A stretch of DNA of 20,000 nt, taken from IMG/VR virus record IMGVR_UViG_2902975652_000003; one strand, given 5' to 3'. Source of the DNA: an uncultured virus (IMG/VR IMGVR_UViG_2902975652_000003). Lineage: Duplodnaviria; Heunggongvirae; Uroviricota; Caudoviricetes. The notes below the pieces were generated by a model that had not been told where the DNA came from, did not search any database, and saw nothing but the letters and a program-made list of their open reading frames with translations. The translations under genes were made by a program, and so were the position numbers. Of this stretch, positions 7,711 to 17,926 are shown piece by piece; within the stretch, counting starts at the first letter, position 1; every line of letters starts with the position of its first letter.

Positions 7711-9764
7711 AACAGCTGGATTTTACATTAAGCCTTATCGACAAATTAACGCGCCCGTTAAAGCAGGCGCAGAATTCTGTCACGGGCTTTGCTGATAAAT
7801 CAAAAGAGGCTTTTAAGCGTATCGGCGGCGGTGCGCTGGCCATGTGGGGTGTGGCGGAAACGGTGAAAGGGGCGCTGAGTCCGGCTATCGAAATGTACGA
7901 CGCCCTTAACGAAGCCTCGGCGCGCGGTGTGGACAGTACGGCACTGAAAACCGTGCAGCGTGATGCGATGCGTTTTTCCATGACCTACGGGGCCAGCGCC
8001 GTGGAGTTTGTCAACTCCACCGCTGAAATCAGCGGCGCGATTGACGGGCTGACCAGCACGGATCTGCCGCAGGTGACGAAAGTCGCTAACACGCTGGCGT
8101 TTGCCCTGAAAGCCACCTCTGCGGAAACCGCAGAATTTATGGGGCAGATGTTTGCCAACTTTCGCAGTGATGCGGAGCGCCTCGGTAAAGTGCAGTTTGC
8201 TGAACAGCTGGCCGGGAAAATGGCGTACATGCGCCAGACGTTCGGTGTGGAAATGGGGGCCATCAAAGACCTGATGGAAGGCGCGCGCGGCGTTGGTACC
8301 AACTTCAACATTGGCCTTGATGAGCAGCTGGCCGTGCTGGGCCAGCTTAACCGCACGCTGGGCAGTGAGGCGAGCAGCGCCTATGAAGGCTTTATGACCG
8401 GCGCGATTGACGGTGCCAAAAAGCTGGGTCTGTCCTTTACGGATATGCAGGGCAATATCCTTTCCATGCCGGAAATGCTGATGAAGTTGCAGGGCAAATA
8501 CGGCAAAAGCCTGGAAGGGAACCTGAAAGCCCAGGCGGAGCTTGATGAGGCGTTCGGCGACAGCTCGGCAGTGATCAAGCAGCTTTACGGTAATGTGGCG
8601 CTGTTACAGCGCAATATTAACGAGCTGGGCGGCGCGGACGGGCTCAAACGCACGCAGGAAATGGCTGCGAAAATGGTTAAGCCGTGGGATCGCTTTGTGC
8701 AAATCCTCAAGGCTATCCAGACCGTTATCGGGTTAACCCTTGTGCCGGTGCTGTATCCGCTGCTTAACCGCCTGGCAGATATGGGGCAGACCTTTGCGCG
8801 CTGGATGCAGATTTTCCCCAACATTGCGCGCGTGGTGGGTTATGCCGCGCTGGCCATTCTGGGATTTGCGGCGGCGGGTGCCTCGGCAAACATCATTCTG
8901 GGGCTGTCCTCGTTCATTCTGACGGGATTAAAGGCGCTGTGGTATGCCGTCACGCTGCCGGTACGTCTGTTTACCGGTGCGGTGTGGCTCGCCAGGGGCG
9001 CGATTGTGGCCTGGAACGCCATGCTTGGCGTGCTGCGCGGCGTACTGCTGGCCGTGCGCATTGCTGCGGTGCTGGCCGGTGTGGGGATTAACTTCATGAG
9101 CTGGCCGGTATTACTCATTATCGGGGCCATCGCGCTGCTGGTCGCGGGCTGCTGGTTACTGGTCAAACACTGGGATGCCATCAAAGCGGCGGTAATGGAA
9201 ACCGCAGCCTTTCAGGCGGTGGTTGCTGCCGTGAAGTGGGTGGCGGATATGTTCGGGAAAGCCTGGCAGTTTATTGCTGAGGGCTGGGAGGCGTTCACGA
9301 AACTGTTAAGCGGTTTCTCGCCTGCAGCGGCACTGGCTGACATGGCCAGCGGCATTGTGAATGTGTTCAGCAATATCTGGTCAACGATTACAGAGAGTTT
9401 TTCCAAAGCGTGGAAGTGGATTGTTGACAAGCTGAATAACATTCCCGGCGTGAATATTCCTGTGACCGCTGAAATTAAACAGGTGGATGCTTTATCCGGT
9501 GCCGGTGCGGTGCCTAAAAACAGCGCATTTATTTATTCGGGAGCTGCTGCGGCACCGGTGAAAACCGATGCGGCACCGTTAACGGCTAATACGCTTTCAA
9601 CCGGCGGGCAGGTTAAAAATCTGGATAAAGGCGGCATCAGCAAAACGATAAATAACAGCGGCAGAACGGTGACGGATAACAGCCGGAAAATTAACACGGT
9701 AAATATTTATCCGAAAGAAACGCTTTCGCCGGGGCAATTAATGGAATGGCAGGAACTGGGCTGA
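7707..9764 (+). CDS. Tail tape measure protein
   Basis: 685 aa, Ala/Gly-rich helical, hydrophobic central part, Trp-spaced repeats; follows chaperone genes. Confidence 0.93.
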   Translation: MKQLDFTLSLIDKLTRPLKQAQNSVTGFADKSKEAFKRIGGGALAMWGVAETVKGALSPAIEMYDALNEASARGVDSTALKTVQRDAMRFSMTYGASAVEFVNSTAEISGAIDGLTSTDLPQVTKVANTLAFALKATSAETAEFMGQMFANFRSDAERLGKVQFAEQLAGKMAYMRQTFGVEMGAIKDLMEGARGVGTNFNIGLDEQLAVLGQLNRTLGSEASSAYEGFMTGAIDGAKKLGLSFTDMQGNILSMPEMLMKLQGKYGKSLEGNLKAQAELDEAFGDSSAVIKQLYGNVALLQRNINELGGADGLKRTQEMAAKMVKPWDRFVQILKAIQTVIGLTLVPVLYPLLNRLADMGQTFARWMQIFPNIARVVGYAALAILGFAAAGASANIILGLSSFILTGLKALWYAVTLPVRLFTGAVWLARGAIVAWNAMLGVLRGVLLAVRIAAVLAGVGINFMSWPVLLIIGAIALLVAGCWLLVKHWDAIKAAVMETAAFQAVVAAVKWVADMFGKAWQFIAEGWEAFTKLLSGFSPAAALADMASGIVNVFSNIWSTITESFSKAWKWIVDKLNNIPGVNIPVTAEIKQVDALSGAGAVPKNSAFIYSGAAAAPVKTDAAPLTANTLSTGGQVKNLDKGGISKTINNSGRTVTDNSRKINTVNIYPKETLSPGQLMEWQELG

Positions 9765-10090
9765 TGAGTGATTTATATATCGATTTATTAATTGAGGGGC
9801 GCAATTTTACCCTTAATCCCGGTAATGAGCCGGTGCTGTGTAATAACAGCCAGAGCATCGGGCAGGACATTGTTCACGCCATTCTTGAAAGCGGGCTGGC
9901 CACGGAACTGGTTGCGGAGCGCAGCCCCACATTGCGCGCCGATATCCTCACCCGCCTTGAGCTGCTGATAGAAAGCGATGAGCGTATTGAGCCTGGCACG
10001 GTGCTGGTTAACGAGGAAAACCAGACGCGGCTGTGGATCACTGCCGGTACATGGGATTTCGGGCCGGTATCCGTGAGGGCTGACTTATGA
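9764..10090 (+). CDS. Baseplate wedge protein (DUF2590/gp25-like)
   Basis: ATG 9764 overlaps tape measure stop; YIDLLI and SIGQDIVHAILESGL motifs; precedes baseplate J. Confidence 0.75.
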   Translation: MSDLYIDLLIEGRNFTLNPGNEPVLCNNSQSIGQDIVHAILESGLATELVAERSPTLRADILTRLELLIESDERIEPGTVLVNEENQTRLWITAGTWDFGPVSVRADL

Positions 10091-11271
10091 CCGAAAAACC
10101 GCAGGTGGATTTTGAAGAGGTGGTGAAAGCCAGCGGAATGCCCGTCACAAAAGAGGCGCTGCGCGAGCGTTTCAACGGGATTGTGCAGGAAGAAGGGCTT
10201 ATCACGAACACGTCGAACATGTCACCGTTCTGGCGGCTTATCACCGCGATTGTGACCACGCCGGTGCTGTGGCTTAAGGATGTGCTGGTCGGCACGGTGC
10301 TGGCCAATATGTTTGTGGCCACGGCGTCCGGGCAGATGCTGCGTCTGCTGGCGTGGGCGGTGAACGTCACGGCAAAACCCGCCACGGCGGCGCAGGGCGT
10401 GATCCGCTTTTATAAGGCTGACGCCGGGGCCGTGGTAACGGTAAAAGCGGGAACGCTTATCCAGACGGAAAGGATTAACGGCACCGTGTACGAGCTGGCC
10501 ACCACGGCAGATTTTACCCTGGGGGCCGGTGTGGCCAGCGCGCTGATCCCGGTGCAGGCCACGGCCACCGGCGGCGCGTTTAACCTCGCGCCGGGGTATT
10601 ACCGCATCCTGCCGGTAGCCGTGGATGGTATCAGCCACGTTGTTAACGACACAGACTGGTTGACGGTGCCGGGTGCTGATGAGGAAAGCGACGACGAGCT
10701 GCGCGAGCGCTGCCGCAACCAGTTTAACCTGGTGGGCAATTACCACACGGATGCGGTTTACCGCTCCATGATTGCCAGCGTGGCCGGGCTGAGTATTGAC
10801 CGTATTTTCTTTGAGCATGAGGCACCACGCGGGCCGGGAACGGCGAATGCCTATCTGTTGCTGGATACGGGCGTCACGTCCGATCCGTTTATCGAGGCGG
10901 TCAACGACTACATCACCACGCAGGGCCATCACGGCCACGGCGACGATATGCAGTGTTTTGCCATGCCGGAAACCCGGCACACCCTGGCGGTGACGCTGTA
11001 TGTCAGAAATCTGGCCAACCTGACCGCCGAAGAGCAGAGCGCGCTGCGTACCGGAGCCGAAAACCTGATCCGCTGCGCTTTTCGTGAAAACAATGAATTT
11101 GACGTGAAGAAAACATGGCCCTTTTCGCGTTTCTCGTTTTCCAACCTGGGGCGCGAGCTGCATCGCCAGTTTGCCGCGATTGATTCGCTGGCCTTTTCGC
11201 TGACCGATATCGTCAGCGGGCTGAGTGTGCCGCGCCTCGATACGCTGACCGTGAGGCTGATGAATGCCTGA
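10087..11271 (+). CDS. Baseplate J/gp47-family protein
   Basis: GADEESDDELRER and PRGPGT motifs, 394 aa. Confidence 0.9.
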   Translation: MTEKPQVDFEEVVKASGMPVTKEALRERFNGIVQEEGLITNTSNMSPFWRLITAIVTTPVLWLKDVLVGTVLANMFVATASGQMLRLLAWAVNVTAKPATAAQGVIRFYKADAGAVVTVKAGTLIQTERINGTVYELATTADFTLGAGVASALIPVQATATGGAFNLAPGYYRILPVAVDGISHVVNDTDWLTVPGADEESDDELRERCRNQFNLVGNYHTDAVYRSMIASVAGLSIDRIFFEHEAPRGPGTANAYLLLDTGVTSDPFIEAVNDYITTQGHHGHGDDMQCFAMPETRHTLAVTLYVRNLANLTAEEQSALRTGAENLIRCAFRENNEFDVKKTWPFSRFSFSNLGRELHRQFAAIDSLAFSLTDIVSGLSVPRLDTLTVRLMNA

Positions 11272-11851
11272 CTTTATGAAAAAACTGGCCGGGCTGCGTC
11301 TGCCTTTCTGGATGAGTGAAGGTGAGCCCGCCACGCTGCTGCGTGCCGCGCGGCGATTCTGGACGCTGGTTTATGGGTGGGTGACATGGCCTGTGAGCCA
11401 GTTTGATCCGCTGACCTGCGCCGAACCGCTGTTAAACCTGCTGGCTTATGACCGCGACGTGACGCGCTTTGATGGCGAGCCGCTGGCGCTGTTTCGCAGG
11501 CGCGTGGCGTATGCCTTCGTGAATGCCCGTGATGCCGGTTCGGTTGAGGGATTTATTAATATTTTTGAGCGACTCGGCATCGGTTATGTGGAGCTACAGG
11601 AGCGCCAGCCGGGCATTGACTGGGATGTGATTCTGGTACGTGTCACGGATAGCCAGATTGCGGATAACACGCAGCTGATGATCCAGATTATCCGCCAGTA
11701 CGGGCGTACCTGCCGCCGTTATCAGTTTGAAGTCATTACATCGGAAAGTCTGGCCATCCGGGCCGGATGGGATCAGGGCGAATACGTGGTTTATCCGGCG
11801 CAGCTGAATGGCACCGGGGCCGCAGGCGCAACATTCGGCGCGACGTTATAG
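11264..11851 (+). CDS. Baseplate/tail protein (P2 gpI-like)
   Basis: DPLTCAEPLLNLLAYDR motif; lies between baseplate J and tail fibre. Confidence 0.8.
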   Translation: MPDFMKKLAGLRLPFWMSEGEPATLLRAARRFWTLVYGWVTWPVSQFDPLTCAEPLLNLLAYDRDVTRFDGEPLALFRRRVAYAFVNARDAGSVEGFINIFERLGIGYVELQERQPGIDWDVILVRVTDSQIADNTQLMIQIIRQYGRTCRRYQFEVITSESLAIRAGWDQGEYVVYPAQLNGTGAAGATFGATL

Positions 11852-11859
11852 GGAGTTTT

Positions 11860-13833
11860 ATGTCACAGACAGTAATCACACTGGCCTTTGAACAGTGGAA
11901 AGCGCAGCAGGGCGTGACGGGTGAAGCCATCCTGCTGGATGAATTTGTGTTTGCAAACGTGCCGGGGCTTAACCCTGATGCGCCGATCAGCCGCAGTGAA
12001 ACGCTGCCACCGGCGGCGCAGATTGTTCACCGCCAGGCGGTCAGCCGCAAGGGGGTGGTGAATGAAAATGCCGTGGTGCATTCCGTGGTACTGGGCGCGG
12101 ATGTGGGCGATTTCTCGTTTAACTGGATTGGCCTGATGAACAAGGCCAGCGGCACGCTGGCAATGATTGTTCATGCGCCGGTGCAGCAGAAGCTGAAAAC
12201 GAAAGCGGGCCAGCAGGGCAACGTGCTCACGCGCTCTTTTCTGATGGAGTACAACGGCGCGCAGGCCGAAACGGGCATTAACACCCCGGCGGAAACCTGG
12301 CAGATTGATTTTACCGCGCGCCTGGCCGGGATGGACGAACGCCAGCGCCTGGAAAACATCGACGTGTTCGGCGCGGCGGCGTTTCTGGGGGATGGATGGC
12401 TGGTAGGCAAAACCGGCACGCAGTATTTCGTGACGCCTGGCACCGGTTATGTGCAGGGGCTGCGCGCGCAGCTGGCTGCAAGTCAGAATATTACTGTGAC
12501 CACAAAGCCGGTCAAAGTCTGGCTGGATGTGAGCTGGGAAGGTTCGCTGGTCAGTAGCTGGCAGGTAAAAAGCAAAGTGACCGTGGCGGCAAATCTTGCC
12601 GATTACGTGCAGAACGGCGTGCAGCATTACGTGTTTGCGCTGGCCAGTATTGATGCAAATGGTGTGATCACTGACCTGCGCCCGCAGGGTTCGCAGGCGG
12701 GACGTGATGCCAGCGATGCCATGAAAAAACATGAGCAGTCGCGCAACCATCCTGATGCGACGTTAAATGCAAAGGGTTTTACGCAACTGAGCAGCGCCGT
12801 GGACAGCACGGCAGAAAATATGGCCGCCACGCCGAAGGCGGTCAGGACTGCAATGGAAAATGCGAGCGCCAGATTAGCAAAAGACAGAAATGGCGCTGAT
12901 ATTCCTGACAAGTCACTTTTTATTCAGAATATTGGCCTTCAACAAACGGTAAACCTTGCCGCAGGTGCAGTGCCCTCCGTGAGAAGCATTAACGGATATC
13001 CGCTTTCCGCCAACATTAGTCTTAAAGCGAAAGATGTCGGAGCCATTCCGATTAGCGGCAGTACAGAAATAAGTGGTACGTTGCGCACAAGTGGTGAAGT
13101 GCAGTCAACAAATGCAGACAGTTTCAGAATCGCTTATGGCGGAATTGGGGCATTCTGGCGAAATGACGGCACAAACCTTTATTTGATGCTGACAAATAAA
13201 GGTGATGCGTTCGGTAAATATAATGATTTTCGACCACTCCGCGTGGGTTTAGACAATGGCGGGGTGGGCATAGGAACGCCGCTTTATGTGGATAATACGT
13301 TAACTGTTAGTAAAAATGTCACGGCCAGTTATTCCGGCTCATATGCATTTTCATCCCAATTCGCTACAGGTGCTGCATTCTATGAATCGTTTAGTACCGG
13401 TGAAAGCAGTGAGTTTCATCCGGTTCTGAAACAAAAAGCCGTTATTAACAATCAGATTACCCGTGCATTTTCTTTTGGAACGCTTTGTCAGGAGGGTAAA
13501 ACAACATGGTGTCTGCACATCGTTGATAGTGGTGGTAATGGCTATACACACCAATGGGATGTGAGTGGGAATTATTTGTGTCCAGGGCAATTAGTTCCGG
13601 GTAATTATGGGAACTTTGATGCGCGTTATTCATTAAAAACGGCTGCGGTGATCGATGTTCGGCAGGGGAGTCCAGGCACTATTGTCCTGAAGCGAAATGG
13701 CTGGAACTACGTTCCGGGCGGGTGTGCGTTTACCGGCTGGTATGTCGAAGGTGATGCACCTGTAGATGACACCATTCAATACAAGCCGATTCAAATCAAT
13801 ATCAACGGCGCATGGCGAACTATTTCGGGGTAA
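11860..13833 (+). CDS. Tail fibre protein (gpH-like)
   Basis: ATG 11860 after [13 protein letters not shown] collar-type N-terminus, [16 protein letters not shown]...AATPKAV repeat, [24 protein letters not shown]-richer C-terminal half. Confidence 0.92.
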   Translation: MSQTVITLAFEQWKAQQGVTGEAILLDEFVFANVPGLNPDAPISRSETLPPAAQIVHRQAVSRKGVVNENAVVHSVVLGADVGDFSFNWIGLMNKASGTLAMIVHAPVQQKLKTKAGQQGNVLTRSFLMEYNGAQAETGINTPAETWQIDFTARLAGMDERQRLENIDVFGAAAFLGDGWLVGKTGTQYFVTPGTGYVQGLRAQLAASQNITVTTKPVKVWLDVSWEGSLVSSWQVKSKVTVAANLADYVQNGVQHYVFALASIDANGVITDLRPQGSQAGRDASDAMKKHEQSRNHPDATLNAKGFTQLSSAVDSTAENMAATPKAVRTAMENASARLAKDRNGADIPDKSLFIQNIGLQQTVNLAAGAVPSVRSINGYPLSANISLKAKDVGAIPISGSTEISGTLRTSGEVQSTNADSFRIAYGGIGAFWRNDGTNLYLMLTNKGDAFGKYNDFRPLRVGLDNGGVGIGTPLYVDNTLTVSKNVTASYSGSYAFSSQFATGAAFYESFSTGESSEFHPVLKQKAVINNQITRAFSFGTLCQEGKTTWCLHIVDSGGNGYTHQWDVSGNYLCPGQLVPGNYGNFDARYSLKTAAVIDVRQGSPGTIVLKRNGWNYVPGGCAFTGWYVEGDAPVDDTIQYKPIQININGAWRTISG

Positions 13834-14351
13834 TGATGCAATTAAAAAAACTTTCATTTTATGAGCCTGAGATTAAAGAGGCTGAAAACATCCTTTATCT
13901 GAAGGATGAAGATGGTAACGACTGGTATGCGAGTCAGGAGAAATTCAGCGCGGACAGACTAAAGATTGCGTTTACGGATGACGGCATTATCCGCACGGCA
14001 GATTATGACGTTTCCGCGTTGTGGCCAGTGAATATGGCTGTGGCTGAGGTGTCAAAAGAATCTGTGCCGGACGGTTTCAACATCGACGGGAACTGGATGT
14101 TTGATGGAAGTAAAATTATCCCTGCGCCAGTGGATCATGTTGGACTGGCTGAAGCCAAAAAACAGAGTTTGTTGCAGGAAGCGACGCAAGCCATTGCCCC
14201 GCTGCAGGATGCAGTTGAACTGGAAATGGCCTCAGAGGGTGAGGTGGCGCAACTGGCCGCATGGAAAAAATATCGTGTCCTGTTGAACCGGGTTGATACC
14301 ACTACCGCGCCGGATATCGCATGGCCGGAGATGCCTGGCGATGTGGCGTGA
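13833..14351 (+). CDS. Tail fibre assembly chaperone (Tfa family)
   Basis: [22 protein letters not shown] and [12 protein letters not shown]...WPEMP motifs; ATG overlaps fibre stop. Confidence 0.9.
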   Translation: MMQLKKLSFYEPEIKEAENILYLKDEDGNDWYASQEKFSADRLKIAFTDDGIIRTADYDVSALWPVNMAVAEVSKESVPDGFNIDGNWMFDGSKIIPAPVDHVGLAEAKKQSLLQEATQAIAPLQDAVELEMASEGEVAQLAAWKKYRVLLNRVDTTTAPDIAWPEMPGDVA

Positions 14352-15066
14352 AGCAAAGCTGGCGTTTTCTGATGCGTTTTCTGCGCTGGACTGCGCCATC
14401 GTTCCTGCGCATCCGTGGATTTACGGGATTGGCCAGCAGACGGAAAACGGCGCTTATCTGAGCCCGGCCAACGCCGTGGCGTATCTGGCCGGAAGGCTGG
14501 CGAGCGTGGCGGATATGCGGGATGTGGTGATTTTTCTCGTTACCGGCCAGACGCAGGATGATTTTATAAAGCGTCTTGATGAGCTGACGGCGGTTTTCCC
14601 GGCTCCCGCGTTTACGCAGGTGAGCCGTCTGGCACGTTCTGCGGCGGAGCTTGCCACGGTACGGATGCAGTTGCCTGCCCGCAGCAGTGGCGGCTTGCCC
14701 GCTGCGCTGCCGCTTTCTGTGCCAACAAGCCGGGCGGTAATGAATGCCAGAGCGGTGGCCAGCGCCCAGGCGCAGGCGAGTGCCGGTATTGATATGGCCG
14801 GAATGAAAGCTGCGCTTGCCGGGTTCGCCGCCGAGCGCGCCGGGCTGCTTTCACAGCTGGCTGACGGGCTGAACCAGTTAACCGGCAAAAGCGCCCGCGC
14901 CTGGGTTTTCACGGCGAAGGGCGACGCGGCGACACTGACGCGGGCGCTGATGCAGGGCATCCCGCAGCCGTCTGCCGTACACAGCGCGGCCATCATGCTG
15001 GCCGGTGAGAATCTCGAAGGAATTAAGGGAATGATCCATGACCTCGACAATCATGCTGGCGCTTAA
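14341..15066 (+). CDS. Conserved HP1-like tail-module protein, function unknown
   Basis: ATG 14341 after GGAG; HPW...YLSPANAV motif; overlaps both neighbours. Confidence 0.7.
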   Translation: MWREAKLAFSDAFSALDCAIVPAHPWIYGIGQQTENGAYLSPANAVAYLAGRLASVADMRDVVIFLVTGQTQDDFIKRLDELTAVFPAPAFTQVSRLARSAAELATVRMQLPARSSGGLPAALPLSVPTSRAVMNARAVASAQAQASAGIDMAGMKAALAGFAAERAGLLSQLADGLNQLTGKSARAWVFTAKGDAATLTRALMQGIPQPSAVHSAAIMLAGENLEGIKGMIHDLDNHAGA

Positions 15067-15586
15067 TGGCGAAGCGATACCGCTTAAAAATATGCGCGTA
15101 ACGATAAGCCAGCAATTCCAGGACAAAGACCAGAGCGGCCAGACCAGCGCCACCACAAAAGCCGAGCAGGGGGCCAAAGGCAAAGAGCTGCGCGTGGTGG
15201 GTGAAGTGCCGTTTAAGCAAATCAGCACGCTGTCACGCATTTTTGCCCTGGCGAACGCCACGGATGCAGGCGGCAAACGGCAGGTTTACCGCGTGGCCAA
15301 CGAGGTGGCGCGCGCCGTTAACCTGCGTGAAGCCACGTTTACCGGCACGGTGGACGCGCCGCCGCAGGATGGCCGCATGAGCTGGCTGGTCACGTTCACA
15401 CTGACAGAACATCTGAGCGTGCAGGAAAAACGCGAAGCGCGGGCGACGTCCAGAACGGCCAGCAAAACACAGAAAGCCGGGGCCGGTGGCGGCGCAGCCA
15501 GCCAGACCAGTGCCGGTGAGGACGCAGAAACGCTGTCATGGTTTGAACGCAAGATACTTAAACCTGTTAATGATGCGCTGGGGTAA
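15038..15586 (+). CDS. Probable baseplate/tail-initiator protein (HP1-like)
   Basis: DQSGQTSAT..AEQG.KGKEL and W.VTFTLTE motifs; sits immediately before the hub/spike gene. Confidence 0.6.
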   Translation: MTSTIMLALNGEAIPLKNMRVTISQQFQDKDQSGQTSATTKAEQGAKGKELRVVGEVPFKQISTLSRIFALANATDAGGKRQVYRVANEVARAVNLREATFTGTVDAPPQDGRMSWLVTFTLTEHLSVQEKREARATSRTASKTQKAGAGGGAASQTSAGEDAETLSWFERKILKPVNDALG

Positions 15587-15588
15587 GC

Positions 15589-17289
15589 ATGAAGCCGGTT
15601 AAACGTCTGTACCTGTCCACGGATGAGGTGCATCTTGTTGATGTGAATATGACGCTTGAGCTGAACAGCTGCGGGCGGGGGTTTATCACAGCGGAAACTG
15701 ACACGGACTACACCGGAAAACTGGTGCGGCTTGACGTGGGTTACAGCGATTTATTGCTGCGCTGGTTTACCGGCTATGTGGAGCGCTCACAGCCCGCCGA
15801 AAAAGGCTTCCAGCGACTTTTTGTGCGTGAACTGGTCGGCGTGTTCGAACGCAGCTGGCCCTGTTCGTTCCAGCATCCCACGCTGAAAGAAATCGCCGGC
15901 TGGCTGACAGAGCACAGCGGCATCACGGTCACGGTGCCGGATGCGGCCTACAGCGACAGGCCGATCCCGCACTTCACCCATTCCGGCAGCGGGTTCCAGC
16001 TGCTGGATAATCTGGGCCGCGCGTTTGGTGTGAATGATTACGTCTGGTATCAGCTGCCGGATGGTTCTCTTTATCTGGGCGGCGCGGAAAAGGCGCTGTT
16101 TGCCGGGCGGCCCGTTGATATTCCGGCAGACTTTAACCAGGGCGCTGCCGGTGGCAACAGCATGACCATCCCTCTGGTGCAGACCCTGCGCCCCGGTGTG
16201 GAGGTGAACGGACAGCGGGTGACGAAAATAAACCTGTCCGGTGACAACATGACCATCACGTGGACGCCACGCGACAAGGCAACCGGCAGGCCGTTACAGA
16301 AAACCCCGATTCAGCGCCAGATAGAGGCGCATTATCCAGAGCTGGCCTCCGGGCTGCATCTGCCGAAATTTGCGCGGGTGGTGGCGCACAGCGAGCCGGT
16401 GAGCAGCGGGAATTTTTCTGATCCGTTCCGCCCGCGTTACGCCGTTGACGTGCAGCTGCTTGATGCAGACGGTAAGCCGGACGGTAACACGCCGGTTTAT
16501 TCCGCCGTGCCGCTGCCGGTGCCGATGGCCGGTAATGATTCGGGAATGTTCCAGTTTCCGCCGGAAGGCACGCTGGTTGAAGTGGGCTTTACCGGCGGGC
16601 GTGCGGATAAGCCGTTTGTACGCCAGACCGTACCGGATGGCACAAGCCTGCCGGACGTGAAGCCCGGAGAGCAGCTGCAACAGCAGCGGGAAGAAGTGTC
16701 ACAACGCGTCACGCAGGCCGGTGACTGGGTGCGCAAGACTGACCAGACCATCAGCGAAACATCCATGAGCCGCGAAGTGACCGCAGACCGGGAGCGCCGC
16801 GAGCTGGTCAGCCGTGAAACCACGGTAAAAGCCACGGATAAAACCACGGTACTGGGAACGGTCAGCCTGCTGGCCGGTGCCGTTCAGCATGTGGCCACCG
16901 GCGATTACGCCATCGCAGCCAGCGGCAAATTTCTGGCCCGCGTGGAAGGCGATGCCGAAGCTGAAATTGACGGCCACCAGAAAACGCACGCGAAGGGCGG
17001 CATTGAGACGCAGACCGATGGCGGGCTGACCGAGAAAATCGCGCAGCTGCGTAAAAGCGTCGCGGCGGGCGGTCAGCAAATTATGGGGCCAACGGTACAC
17101 ATCGGCAGCGAAAGCGTTAACACGCTGCAAATGATGCTGGATACCATAGACCTTCTGGCACAGCTGGCCAGCCAGTGCGCCAGCCATTCACACCCCGGCA
17201 CCGGCGGGCCGACCACTGCCGCCGCGTTCAGCCAGACGGCGGCGCAGGCGACACAGACCCGCAGCCGGTACGAAAACATCATTGCCTGA
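15589..17289 (+). CDS. Fused baseplate hub and central spike protein
   Basis: 566 aa; hub-like N-terminus, OB-fold-like YAVDVQLL...FPPEGTLVEVGF..G..DKPF, Thr/Val/Gly beta-repeat region, C-terminal HSH motif. Confidence 0.7.
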   Translation: MKPVKRLYLSTDEVHLVDVNMTLELNSCGRGFITAETDTDYTGKLVRLDVGYSDLLLRWFTGYVERSQPAEKGFQRLFVRELVGVFERSWPCSFQHPTLKEIAGWLTEHSGITVTVPDAAYSDRPIPHFTHSGSGFQLLDNLGRAFGVNDYVWYQLPDGSLYLGGAEKALFAGRPVDIPADFNQGAAGGNSMTIPLVQTLRPGVEVNGQRVTKINLSGDNMTITWTPRDKATGRPLQKTPIQRQIEAHYPELASGLHLPKFARVVAHSEPVSSGNFSDPFRPRYAVDVQLLDADGKPDGNTPVYSAVPLPVPMAGNDSGMFQFPPEGTLVEVGFTGGRADKPFVRQTVPDGTSLPDVKPGEQLQQQREEVSQRVTQAGDWVRKTDQTISETSMSREVTADRERRELVSRETTVKATDKTTVLGTVSLLAGAVQHVATGDYAIAASGKFLARVEGDAEAEIDGHQKTHAKGGIETQTDGGLTEKIAQLRKSVAAGGQQIMGPTVHIGSESVNTLQMMLDTIDLLAQLASQCASHSHPGTGGPTTAAAFSQTAAQATQTRSRYENIIA

Positions 17290-17300
17290 CCCGACAACAT

Positions 17301-17324
17301 GCCCGCCAGTGCGCGGGCTTTTTT
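17301..17324 (+). terminator. Rho-independent terminator of the late operon
   Basis: GCCCGC-cagtgc-GCGGGC followed by TTTTTT, 11 nt after the last stop codon. Confidence 0.85.
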
Positions 17325-17510
17325 ATGCCTGTCATTAACCCATCCAGAACGCACCACAGCGCCCGCATCGCGTTGACCGCGCACCGCCATCCCTGAAACA
17401 GATCCCGCCCGCCACGTTGCGCTGACGCAGCCACAGCCCCACAAAATAAAACGTTCGCAGACAAAAACGGCACTACACCGCACCCGCCTGCAAGTTTTGG
17501 ATCGCAAAAA

Positions 17511-17799
17511 TTTTTCAGTTTTGTTTTTTTACAAATGATACCGCCAGACCGCGCCAGCGCTGGGGCTCTGCGATGAAAGCGAAACTGAAAAGGTTGAAAA
17601 GAATTTCACTTTTTTTCAGTAAAAAGGATCTGCGGAGTTTCGGTGTAATCGTATAACTCACAGAAAAATAAGAGAAAAATTTATTTTCCGTGGAGGTCAG
17701 GGATCGCTTGTGCCGCTTTCTATCCGTGAAGTGAGGGCGCAGAAACCCAGCTCTGGCGCGGCTAATCTGTCAAAAATGAACAGTGGCATAGCTGAAAAA
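17511..17799. repeat. Nested long-range inverted repeats, probable cos/packaging region
   Basis: 17549-17572 vs 17738-17761 (21/24 match) and 17511-17520 vs 17790-17799 (9/10), both centred on 17655. Confidence 0.65.
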
Positions 17800-17887
17800 A
17801 GGAGATAGCATTTGCTATGAATGCATACATATACAATGCGATTACATGATATAGGTGAACCTTGGCGTTGTGCTTTAAATTTTCTTA

Positions 17888-17920
17888 AGGCTCAGTCTCA
17901 ATATGAAATTTTCTGAGCCT
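17888..17920. terminator. Hairpin just downstream of moron stop codon, possible terminator
   Basis: AGGCTCAG...CTGAGCCT 8-bp stem with 17-nt loop; no clean U-tract on the minus strand. Confidence 0.4.
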
Positions 17921-17926
17921 ATTATT

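Noticed and set aside
10222..11334. 370-aa minus-strand ORF
   Set aside because: Antisense shadow of the baseplate J gene in GC-rich DNA; no recognisable motifs
11767..11859. Upstream start extensions in the ORF track (also 2867, 6811, 9746, 13812, 14293)
   Set aside because: Downstream ATGs have better SD sequences or stop-start coupling and match family-typical N-termini
11863..12750. 295-aa minus-strand ORF
   Set aside because: Antisense shadow of the tail fibre gene
12880..14351. Possible invertible tail-fibre cassette or diversity-generating retroelement
   Set aside because: No invertase, reverse transcriptase, duplicated fibre tip or template repeat seen in the window
17400..17800. 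Possible CRISPR mini-array or IS/MITE ends
   Set aside because: Repeats are inverted rather than direct with spacers; no transposase or target duplication evident
17805..17818. Short palindrome ATAGCA-tt-TGCTAT
   Set aside because: Six-bp arms in AT-rich DNA can arise by chance; no supporting context
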